From positions 2,874,101 to 2,938,100 of the forward strand of contig NC_092677.1 of assembly GCF_964355755.1 (NCBI RefSeq): a stretch of DNA of 64,000 bases, read 5' to 3'. Made by a program: the position numbers and the translations under genes. The stretch's first letter is position 1, and each line of letters opens with the position of its first letter. Source of the DNA: Antedon mediterranea. Taxonomy: Eukaryota; Animalia; Echinodermata. The notes under the pieces were generated by a model that was not told where the DNA came from, did no database searches, and saw only the letters and a list, made by a program, of their open reading frames with translations. Below are positions 16,069 through 27,700 of the stretch, one piece after another.

Positions 16069-19000
16069 CTATTGGATAAACTCGTAAGTGTGTTCAAAAT
16101 CTGGGATTATGCTGGTGTTCAATTCGGCGTAATCGTTCGATTCTGGAACATATTCCATATAATCCTACAATGAGAAGAAAGAACACCAAAATACGTCATT
16201 ATTACCTGATCATCTCCATTCTAAGTCCTTATAGTTTGAGTAAAGAGGGTCTTTCACACCTATTCCGGCACCGGTTACGGTCCGACGCCGGCAAATCTAA
16301 TCGAACGTGAATGCTTCGTTTTCCCGACGCTCCACGCGACTATGCGCCAATCGATATGCGCGTAAAAACGCGGTTACGGTTGATTTTCCGGCAAACAATT
16401 AGTATGAAAGACCCTTTACAACAAAAAACTTACCTCAACTGTAATCTTTTTCTTTCTTTCGTTTCTTTTTTCTGAAAAAAGATAATAATTTAAAGTAACA
16501 TTTAACTGACGCGTTCCATACCTTATTCGTATTCAACTAAAGGATTGAATTTAAACGAACCTTTTGAGAGACCAATGTACACACAGTGGCAAGAGGCATA
16601 CACTAAAATGAGCAGAAGTAGAATGCTAGGGCAGAGAATCGTAATCAGTAAATTCGAATTGTACCATAGTGTCTGAGTTTCGTTCTCATCTCTTGAAATT
16701 TCTTCTGTATCTGTAAAAACAACATTTTATTATCATCAGGTAGGCCCTATAGTATTTTCCTTTTCGCTTCAAATTCTTGTTACATACATTGATTGAAATG
16801 CATTTATACTGATATGCACAAATCTAGAGTTACGTCACAGAACTAGGTGAAAGCGAGAATAAGATAACCACCAGTTACGCCCGTGACAGCGAGAATGAGA
16901 AAAGCCGCGTACGAAGGAGGACAATTAAGATCTTATATAAGAACTTTAATTTCTGCCTACTTGTTATTAATTCAATCCCGCGTTTCGTTATTCTCACCTT
17001 GTCTGTCTATATCAGTAGTTGTCACGTTTAGAATAGTACAGATAGAGATCTCCATGACGTCATTCTGCGTTGCCAGACAACACAATTCCGCCGCCAAACC
17101 GTAAATGTCATGTGGCTTCAAAGTTACGCTAGCATAAGTAGTAAAAAGTCCATCTGCTCCCTTCCAAAGACTTCTGGTCACACTATGACGTATTTCTACC
17201 TTGTTTAGCTGGAGCTGGACCTTGGTCAGCGGCCTGGTATCGTTAGCAAAGCACTTGAAAGTGACCACGTCTTCATCCAGAAACATTATCCTGTCATTGT
17301 TGAAGCCTTGGTCCGAATCATCTGCTGCGTAAAACATTACGTTGGTGTCCTTCAGTGGTACAAAATATTCTGAAAGAGTATAATATGGTTAAATTTGAAG
17401 TAGCTGGTTCTCGTGGGCATAACAAAACTTCAAGTTTGTAATGATAGTTACGCGTAACAAAGTGGTAACGACCCGGGTTCAATTTCCCGATAAGAACGAT
17501 TCTCCAGGTCATCTCTAAATCTGCAGCTGGTTGAACAATACTAGGAAGGCGCCGCGGCATAGAATTCGGGAACTGACCACCCTACTCTACATATTGCCGA
17601 GTTTATTTACCCCCCAGAATTACGAGATTCGCCTTAAGATCAATTTAAACAGACGACGAGCGGTAAGGGTAATATATAGAATCTATGTTATTTCTTATAC
17701 CATTTACATACAAAGCGCAGAGGAACGGACGGATTATCGCGGGACAAGCTCGTCTGTGTAATTGTGTAACTAATGTAGTTAGCATGAGAAAATATGAATA
17801 CATTTTCGTTTACCTTCTACATGAAGATGTTTACAGATTTTTTGTTCCACCAACTGATTTTTTTGTATACGGAGATATTCATGTTTTGCCACACAGCAGA
17901 CAATCTTTCTGTCGTCACCTTTAACTGATGTGTAGGCGGCTGCAACCTCAGTGCTGTAAAGACCATCGTCATCTTTCAGCACTGTTGTTGATTGCGTTTC
18001 AATAGCGTCACCGTCTATTTCTATCAAGATGTCAGCAGCTGGTCTAACTTTGTCCACCACGCATTGGAGAGAGACTTCTTCGTCTTCTACCAAAGTGAGA
18101 GTGGTATCAGTATTCCTCGGCATCTCATCTTCCTCTATGAATGACGTCAGCCGGAGATTAGACTTGGTGATTGGTACGACGTAGTCTGTAAGAAAAAAAA
18201 GGGAGGCATCATTTGGTCATTTTCAAATACTGTATGTGTAGGCCTACTATATAGTAATGTTATTGTTACATGAGAGATAACCAGTCAATTACAAGCGACA
18301 GTTTGAGCGATCATTCGCGTCGTGATTGGTCCCACTACTTACGACGTCCTTGTGTTGCGTCCAAATGAGAGCAAGGCTTTATCTGATATCAATAGTCAAC
18401 TATAAATATTATAATAGGTTGTTCTCCACTCCAAAGCTACACTGATAAATACTTACCAACGACTTCTATCATCGAAGTAGCTTTCAAAGGTGAGTTCAAA
18501 CCAGGATGATGTACAATACAAGTCACGTGTTTACCATGGTCAGCAATCGAAGCCGTAATGTGAATAGACGATGTGCTGTTACATAATCCATTGCCATCAC
18601 ATGACGGTTTAACAGACGTCGTACCATCATCTGACTGTATATCCGTCACGAATCGAAACGTAGCAATCGGCTTGGATCTCACAGCCATACAGACGATGTG
18701 TTTTGGAACATTGCTGGACACCTCAATGTAGTCACCGTCGTGGAAACCGTTTAACAAGATGGTGGTAGGAGGATCTAATAAGAAATAATCAATATTCCAG
18801 TTTATTGATTGGTATCGATCAATATCTTGATTTATCACAACAACTATAATTGACCTCACTCTCATCAATATGATCAATGTACTAGTAGTAGGCCTAACTT
18901 AACCAAATGGAACCCTACCAGCACCATGAACAATAATGAATTGATACCTACATAGTAGTTTCAGGCTCACGTCCCCGATAACTTTACTTTGTCTGAGAAT

Positions 19001-19512
19001 GATATAGCACCGATACGTGCCTTCAACCTTCTGCGTGGCATTAGCTATCCTCAACGTTGTATTGGTACCGCTATACGCGAAGCTGTAGCCATCCGTGATG
19101 ACGTCAGCGTTGTCTGCAACTATCTTTTCACCTTCAATATACCACCATCGCATCCAGTAGTTACGATTCAGACGAGTATTGAAGTTACAAGTTAACTGCG
19201 TCTGTCGGTTTACGACAGCTTGGAACACTTCACCATCGTTTACTGTCCGTTCGTTTGCTTCTGCTGTCTGGCACCGAATCAACAATATGCTTGCTTAAAA
19301 AAAAAAAAAAATTCAAGTTAATACCTTGAGGATTGGCAATCAGACGAGTGCGTACAAAACCCCTGACGTCACACTTGAGTGATTCAGGGTGCGGCGTACA
19401 AACAAAGGTGAGCGCGCGTAGGTTATGTATAGGCGCGCACAAGTATATCATAATAAATATCAATAACAGTAAACGTACCAATGAAATAAATACTAAAATA
19501 ATCTAGCATCAT
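16069..19512 (-). CDS. Type I membrane Ig-superfamily receptor: signal peptide, 4 Ig domains, TM, tyrosine-motif tail. Coding exons 19512-19479, 19293-18952, 18774-18457, 18185-17814, 17369-16998, 16710-16561, 16471-16434, 16164-16069
   Basis: Signal MMLDYFSIYFIASILLIRCQT. Ig1 LTC..WW..EGTYRC; Ig2-4 of C2-like type (C..RSKP/VRP/TRP...TC/CC), one domain per phase-1 exon. TM LLITILCPSILLLLILVYASCHCVYIGL, basic stop-transfer KEKRNERKKK, tail DYMEYVPESNDYAELNTSIIPDFEHTYEFIQ*. Confidence 0.85.
16246..16415. mobile_element. Small TIR element (Harbinger-like MITE) in last intron of the Ig gene
   Basis: agggtctttcacac ... gtatgaaagaccct inverted termini. Confidence 0.65.
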
Positions 19513-20094
19513 GGAAACTGATCGATTATTACATGTTGCCTCAGCAATGTCTCAAACTCGTGTAAATAAAATTGATATTAACATTCACTTTCACTCATAG
19601 TATCGTCGTCTGACGTCACAAGTATCGATTAAAACCATTTCCTGACAATTAAAAAACTTTTTTCAGGGAATTTTTAAAGAATCGTTTTCGATTTCTGTTT
19701 AATTAATATTAATAAAAATAATATGAATTAAACACACTTAGAAAAATAAACATGTGAGAGGTATTGCTTGGTGAATTTGTACCCAGACCCTCTGGAAGGA
19801 AAGCAGAAGCCGAAAACACTTCATCACTAAACCATACAAATGTTTGAAATAATTTTCGAATAAAAATAAATAAATGTAGTGACCAAAATAATATTTTTTT
19901 TTGTGTGTGTATTTTTCGCGTTTAATTTCGCGTTTCGATTCGCGTAATTCGCTTTGTTTTCGCGTTGCTGAAATAAGAACTTAATATACTATGGTTAGTG
20001 AATGAATTGAACCACTTACCTTGTTTGTTGATCTGCTCAGCTCTGCTGCTCCACGTTTAGCTGCCTGCGCCAGTTGAACCCGGGTTAGTAGACC

Positions 20095-20330
20095 ATGGTT
20101 TATAAGCGTGTATTTAATTATTGCCACGGCGATGGTTTATAAGCGTGTATTTAGTTATTGCCACGGCGATGGTTTATAAGCGTGTATTTAGTTATTGCTA
20201 CGGCGATGGTTTATAAGCGTATGTTTAGTTATTGCCACGGCGATAGTTTATAAGCGTGTATTTAGTTATTGCTACGGCGATGGTTTATAAGCGTGTAGTT
20301 AGTTATTGCCACGGCGATGGTTTATAAGTA
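20095..20330. repeat. 37-bp minisatellite x~6 (ATGGTTTATAAGCGTGTATTTAGTTATTGCCACGGCG)
   Basis: Direct inspection; no spacers. Confidence 0.95.
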
Positions 20331-21714
20331 TGCCTACAGAAGAAAAAAACATAAGTTTGATTGTAGGATACAAACAATAACCGTAATTAACGAATATCTT
20401 ATTGTGCTAAATAAGTCAGATTTAAAAAAATTAAATGTCGGTAAAATTATATTTTTTCAAAATGATAACCTTTACTACTTACAATGTTATCATTTTCGAA
20501 TAACCAAAAAAAAAACCAAGAAAAAATGTATATACTATACGAAAGTCGAATAACGCCAAATCATTCAATTACCGTAATAATTTCTTCTCTGACATTACTA
20601 TTTTTATGTGTAGCGCCCCCTTTTATCGTAATAACGCTCTGTCTTTTTTTTCCGATACCAGTATTTTGTTGGTTTAGCGCCCTCTTTTTTGTATAACGTC
20701 ACGAACTTTTTATCACAGCAGAAACATGCTAATGCTAATTACGTTACCAATTATTATTTCGAAAACTACTTGTTTTTGACGATTATTTGTTTGAGCATGG
20801 ATTAGTAAACTTAAAAAATAGTACATTTATATTTTATTCAATTAATATTTTTCAGTCTTGAATGTCGTTCATTTTCTGACAACATTTATAGGTTGAGTTG
20901 AGACTATATTTTTATGTTTACTCCATATTTTTAATTAAGATGAAACTATTGTTATTTATTTACCAATTTCAAATAATCCTCCTTACGAACAATCATGGTA
21001 TAACTACACTACTCCTGGTACTGAGCTATTATTGTTTTTTTTATCATGTATATAAATATATTGTATAATCCGGGTTGTAAAATAAAAACAAACAAATGAA
21101 AATGTGTGAACTATTTTAAAACGGGATAGATGATAATGATGATCCTGTCAAGTGTATAACAAAATATAAGAAAATTAATGAAAAAAGGAGTAATACAGAA
21201 TTCATATATGTAAAAATGTTACTTATGAACTGTAACGACATTTACAAGTTAATTAATACTGTACTGTACTGATTTTATGTAATATGAGATAATATGAATG
21301 TGAATAAAAGTGGTGTTTGCGCCACAAAAGAGAAAAAAAAAACTACACTACTCCTAACTATTTGCTTTTAATCTTATAAATATAATTAATTATATTAATA
21401 ATAATATATTTTTTCTTTTCTCAATAAAACTCTAACTAAGTACATTCTAGTACACACAAAAAATTTGATCGAAATTTTGTTCTTAAAACCTCTGTTATAA
21501 ATAGTATAATTTTTTAATTGTATTGTTTTATTGTACTAAAAAAGAGAAATTATGAAAGTAATCGAATCTGTGATCAGTTTTTAAAAGAATAATTACCATA
21601 ACAAAAATGCTGCTCATCGACGCGTGTCGCGTGCAGACGAACTACGCTCACCAACCAAGAGAGAGTGTACCGTACCACACATGATCGTTTCGCAAGCTTA
21701 GAAAAACACAAACC

Positions 21715-24700
21715 ATGGCGGAAGGCCCACCTATAAAATTGGACATACAGAAGGATGGATATGCTAATTTGGATGGAATATTAGAATCATTTGGGGCACC
21801 ATTAAATGAGGAACAGGCATGGGCACTTTGTTATCAATGTGCTAAATATTTACATGAAGAAAGACGGAAAAAAAGAACCCAGGCCTTCGATTTTCAGGCC
21901 ATCTCGATTTACCGCGACGGGAGTATACGCATAGCAAACAAGAGACCTGTACACACTCAGAATAATGGATCATCAACCGGTTAGTATTTTCGTAAATAGT
22001 ATTATTAATATTATTAATATTTTCAATGTTTTTATATCCTCATATATTCCAGTCATTTTATGTTTATAAAAGAGAGTTTTTTGGACAGGCTTCCGAATGT
22101 TGTGGTGTTGGCCGGTAATTGTGTGTATGAATTTTGCCTGCTGACTGATTGAGTTTTGGCAGGTAGTTGAAGTGAATGAGAGTCTAGCTAAAGAATATAA
22201 ATAATTTTATTGTGTGTATAGCCAAATAAATATTTTTATTGTAAAAATATTTGCTTTTTTAAATAAAAAAGGAACATCTTGTTCAACTGGTGATACTGTA
22301 CATGAATAAAAGAAATGTGTACTGCCTGTAGCGTTGATGTATGTGTACAGTCTAGTATGTATTCAAAAGAAACACATTTTAAATTTGTTGACATTTGCAT
22401 AAATGTAATGATACCTTATTTGCATATTGACATTGTATTTACATGATGTTGCATGTGGACTTCATTTTTGACATTTCTGATAATGATATTGGGCAGTTCT
22501 AAATTTGGAATCAGTCAGTACAGTATTTAAATTACACAGTAATTACAATTTTTAACTTTTTTTAAATGTTTATTTTCATATTGACCTTTCTCATCTGGAT
22601 TTAATTATTTTATTCATAAAGAATCGTCGAGTCAAACAGAAATAGAGGTAAGTCTATTTTTTCTCTATAATTTTTTTTAAACACTTTAGTTAGTATTATT
22701 ATTGAAGAACTATTCAGACAAAATCCTGTTATAATTTTCACACAGTTTTGGAGAAACCTTTAAAATTGGCTCTAAATATATTTGAAATTTAGGGGTTTTC
22801 CAACAAATCCTTTACATTGTTTCCGAAAAAGAAATTGTCAGTGACGTTTGCCATTAAAATGAGATACAAGGTGTGAACTCAAGCGTTAAGAAAGAAACAT
22901 CTAATAATATTCTGTTGTATCCTGTATGCTTTTTATACCAAGAATTTGTGTAAAATTTTATAACCATTATGACTCACAATTATTGTTAAAGCTTAATAAG
23001 GGTAGTTATTTATTCCTATTCAGGTTTTTTTGTTGTGCGCTGATGCGAATCCTCTCATATTTTACTCACTGTACAGAAATACAGTATTCAGAATTAATAT
23101 GTGGACCGTCCCAGTGTATAATTTGTTTATAATCTAGTTTAGTGTGATGACACTAATTGGTTGTATGTTGGTTTAGACATGTCCTAATTACTGTTGTCTG
23201 ATTATACTATAAGTTGTCTCGTTAATGGATGTTAATTAGCATTTAGTCGGACGGTCAATGATTTATACAGAGTGTGAATAATTAATATAAAACAAACTGA
23301 AAAGTTTATTTTTATATTATCATATCAGACTTTAAATATTAGTGAACCCTCTGGTCAGTGGTAACTAATTAAAATTGATAGATGTAAATTATTTTTTTTA
23401 ACGGGGATTGTTGGTTATAATTGCTGTACTGTTTGTACAAAATTTACACCAACCAAAATGATATTACAGTACTTAATGATACTTAAGACTGTTCAATCCT
23501 ACATTTCTGTTGCAAATTTTAATATAATTTGAAAAATAATCATTTGGCCTACTTACAGTACAGTATATCATACACTGTACACATACAGTACAGTAATACA
23601 GTACTGTACACATACAGTACTGTAGTATAGTATAGTATACAGTAGCACACAGCCATCCCAATATACTGTGTAAAATGTACACTAGGATTTGAAATGATAA
23701 TATTGGATATCATCAAAATAAAAAGCTAACCGACAGTTTGATCTTTGAATTAACCACGATGTTTTGAGATTACCAGAGATAGTTTTTAATTTATAATTCA
23801 AAGATAGTTCATTTCTAATAAATGTCATCATTTTTATTACTGATACAACAGTACCTCCCTGTAAATACAGTACTGTACAGGTAACACAATTTTGTATTGT
23901 CATTTCTGATTTTATTAACAATGAAGGGTGGTATTTTAGTTAGTTTACCTAGAGAGTGTGGGAATGTGACGCTCTATTGAATGTGATTGTTAAGCCAGTT
24001 ACGGAATGTCTGACATCAGATTATAGTTAAAAGCAGACAAAATCTTAGTCTTATTCAACGATGCCTTGATGCTAAACTTTTGCTTTGTCGAATGTCGTTA
24101 CATTTGTGTGAAAAGTGGCCGATGTTTACCTGCAAATGTGTTAGGGGTCAACTCCGGCCTTTAAAGCCCCACTGAATCCAGACAGTCAGGGTCCATTAAA
24201 ATCTTGTTAAGGAATGATTAAGGAGTCATCTAGGGGGAAGTCCCCTGTAAGTTAAAGTTTCGTTAATTGTTTGTTTGTTTTATCTTTATACTGGGTGACC
24301 TCTTCAGTCAAAGACTGATCTCCCAGAGGGCCCAGTTGGTGATCAGTGGCTGTGATGTACTAATACACCGGGGTAACCCCCTACTCGTCTCGAAAGATGT
24401 ACTAGGTTCTTTAAAGTGCACACGAGCAAGTTGTGTACACTGGACCTACGGTTTATAGTCCTTATCCGAGAAGACTCGTTCTACCACCAGAACCATGGAG
24501 TGAGTGAGCCTCGAACCCCTGCCGATGTTATGGCTACAGTACGTGATTACGGTTCCACTGTCTTAACCGCTCGGCCACTCACTCACCCTTAGTGATTCCA
24601 ATTAATTTCGTGGACAAGTATCGTTGACATAGTAGAAACTGTATGAAAACATACAATAGTACATTGTGGTTTTTTGTACAATGTAGAATTATCATATTGC

Positions 24701-27700
24701 AGAGTTAAGCTCTGTCCACACTATTAAACTTTATGTGAAAAAAATGTGATATATATGGACATGATGATGTCATACAGTAACACTACCATATTTGGGAACA
24801 TCACACTGTTTTGTCAAACTAGTTTGATAGTGTAGACAGACCTTTATTATACACAAAAATAAAACTCTACTGTAGGGTTTCCCCCTGTGGTTTAGCCTTT
24901 TTTGTATAGCCTCTCCTATCAATGTATGGTAATAAGTACTATAGTACTCCACATTTTTTTCTGATACATTTTGCAACACCGAGAAAGAACAATTGGGATT
25001 GTGAAAGAAAGTGATACAGCTGAACACAATACCTGATTGGTTAACACAGCCTAGCTTTGTGACATCTACGCCGCAAACCCTTTGATATTTTTCGGCATGA
25101 CTTATGCGTTAACTATAGTTTAATGTACAAAGTAAACAAGGCAGCGATGCATGCACAATGGGTTGGGTGTTTGTGTGAAGTGCCCGCTTCAATTAACAGT
25201 AATATGATTTTTTAATAAGGTCAAGTTCATTTGGAATCTGAATATTGGGTCATTTTGGTTATTAAATACCACTTAATTACTGTAAAAAGTTTTTTTGTGG
25301 TTGATGATCTTTTATTTCTGCACAAGAGTTCATTGCACTGTGTTGACACCATGAATTAAAATTATTGTATTAATTATTAACTGCTGTTTCTGATAGTTAA
25401 TGAAATTTGTTTCATGAGAAAGTGGGAAGACTACCCCAAAAATCACAATCCAAATGGGTTAGGAGTTGTGTACAAAATACAGTAGAGAGACATGAGCAGA
25501 TTCAAGGGTAGGTAAGCCGACTTGGGTCCACCTAAATTCCACCTTGATAAACCGACAATAGGTCAATGTCATTCTCTCCAGAGGAGGGCTTACTCTACTG
25601 TACCTACAAAAAATAAAAGTTCCTACTGTAGAACACCTCTGTACCATAATGAACTAGTCCGCAACCACGCCCCATGTGGGAACGTACTGTACCACCATCA
25701 TCATTTTGCCTTCTTGACTGCGGAGACAGATAAATTTATTTATTTTTTGTAGATGTAGCGCGTTTAAACTCTATAGTATTGTGACTGTAGATATTGGATA
25801 TCCTGTATTAATTACAGCACTGTGTAAAGTGTGTATTCTTAAACCAACCATTTGCAAAACAAGTGGTTTTAATTAGAAAGAGAAATGTACAATGAATGAA
25901 TTATGATTCATAAAACAAGCATTGGTATATTAATATGACTAATATTATTAAATAATGATTAATTATGATGGAGAAGAAGGTTAAGGCTTATATTGCTATT
26001 GGAGAATACAGATCACATCGTACAATCTAATCCTGGCTTTCCACTTTAAAATCTGAACAACGATGCCACATGTTATTAGCATAGTCAAATCAATCTGCAG
26101 TTTAATGGTTAAAATACATCTTAATATTACATGTCATGTAATGATAGTTTTTATTTAGATAAAATCGTAACACTATAGTAATTTGTGGACAATAATTACT
26201 GTACCAATTAAAATTATTTTATGCTTCAAAATTCTATAAATCAATTTATTTAAAAAATATTTAAAAAAAAATAAAAAGAAACAGTTCATTTAAATATTGT
26301 AACACTTAAAATATGAGTATTCATGTGCAGTGAACCGTGTAACAAACTTGTTGACCCATAACAATTGACCTCATTTTTTAGTCCATAATTTGATTTTGAC
26401 ATTTTTTGCAATGTAAAATAGAGCCAGATGTTGGGAAATGGCTCAAGTAGAAAAATCTGATGAGTAAAATAAAACCACATGAAATGAAGAAAATAGTTTC
26501 TTTTTAATTTGAATATTTTGAAATTTGTTTTAATAATAATAATATATACAATTTCTGGAATTTAATAATTTCTGTATTAAATATTGACCATAAAATAAAC
26601 CACATTGAATGAACAAAATAATTTCTTATTAATTTGTAATATTTGTTTAAATTGAATTCACAATTTCAGGAATTTGAATAATTAATTTAGTTTAACTTAC
26701 TGTTGATCAAAATATTTTTAACCGAGTTAACAAATCAAGATAGGCTTGATCAATAGATCAATAGACGGTATTATCGTAACAGTCGATGAGAATTCTTTAA
26801 AAAACCTGCTTTAGGAAGTAAAGGGATTTAACGATGAATAAACAGACCAACTGAGAACAGATTACTGTAGATTTCAACACAAAAACGCCATTGAACTGCT
26901 CAACTTATATACGATATGCCCCAGGGAAATAGTTAATACTTTACTTGTACCACAGAATAGTATGGTGTTGTGTTTTTCTGTATATTATTCTAACGTTAGA
27001 ATTAAACCGGTAATATGTTGGGTAATAGTACACAATGAAGACAAGTCAAAAAGGAAATGATTGTTTATCGTTTACTTTTATAACATTCTACAGATTCATT
27101 GAAAAATTCCCTTGCCTTTACCATGTGAAAAGGACAGTTGAAACATCTAATCCTTTTGTCAGATTTTTCTCATACTATTTTGTTTACTTGTCATTACAAA
27201 ACAAAAACAAAGTATTAACTGTACTGTATTTGTTGCGTAATTTTTTTTTTGGAAAATATAAATTCCTTGAAGAACTCTATCGTATATTTTTTGGGGTATT
27301 GCTAAACACCGCAAACCCCGCAAACCCCCGCAAACCTCCAAAAAAACATAGCAAACCCCATCGAACCAACATAAAAGTGATTGAATCATGTAGTGTACAA
27401 CCTACTGGGTATATCAATGTAAAAAAAAAATTAAATTTCTACTGTTAACAACTTATTTTTGGGGTAAAACATCATTTTTTGGTCAAAAATGATTGCTAAA
27501 CCCCGCAAACCTCCAAAAAAATATAGCAAACCCCACCGAACCAACATAAAAGTGATTGAATCATGTAGTGTACAACCCACTGGGTATATCCATGTAAAAA
27601 AAATATTAAATTTCTACTGTTAACTATTTATTTTTGGGGTAAAACATCATTTTTTGGTCAAAAATGATTGCTAATTTTTAACCAAAAAATGATGTTTTAT

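Noticed and set aside
16206-16220. Possible 15-nt in-frame microexon (NGDDQ) in the Ig gene tail
   Set aside because: Has AG/GT ends but would leave a 41-nt intron and lacks a polypyrimidine tract; not supportable without reads.
19230-19481. 83-aa ORF with hydrophobic start as the Ig gene signal peptide
   Set aside because: TTG start, out of frame with Ig1 and mostly intronic; the ATG exon 19512-19479 gives a proper in-frame signal peptide.
27035-27448. 137-aa ORF as a transposase fragment
   Set aside because: Low-complexity read-through into the foldback arm; no DDE motifs.
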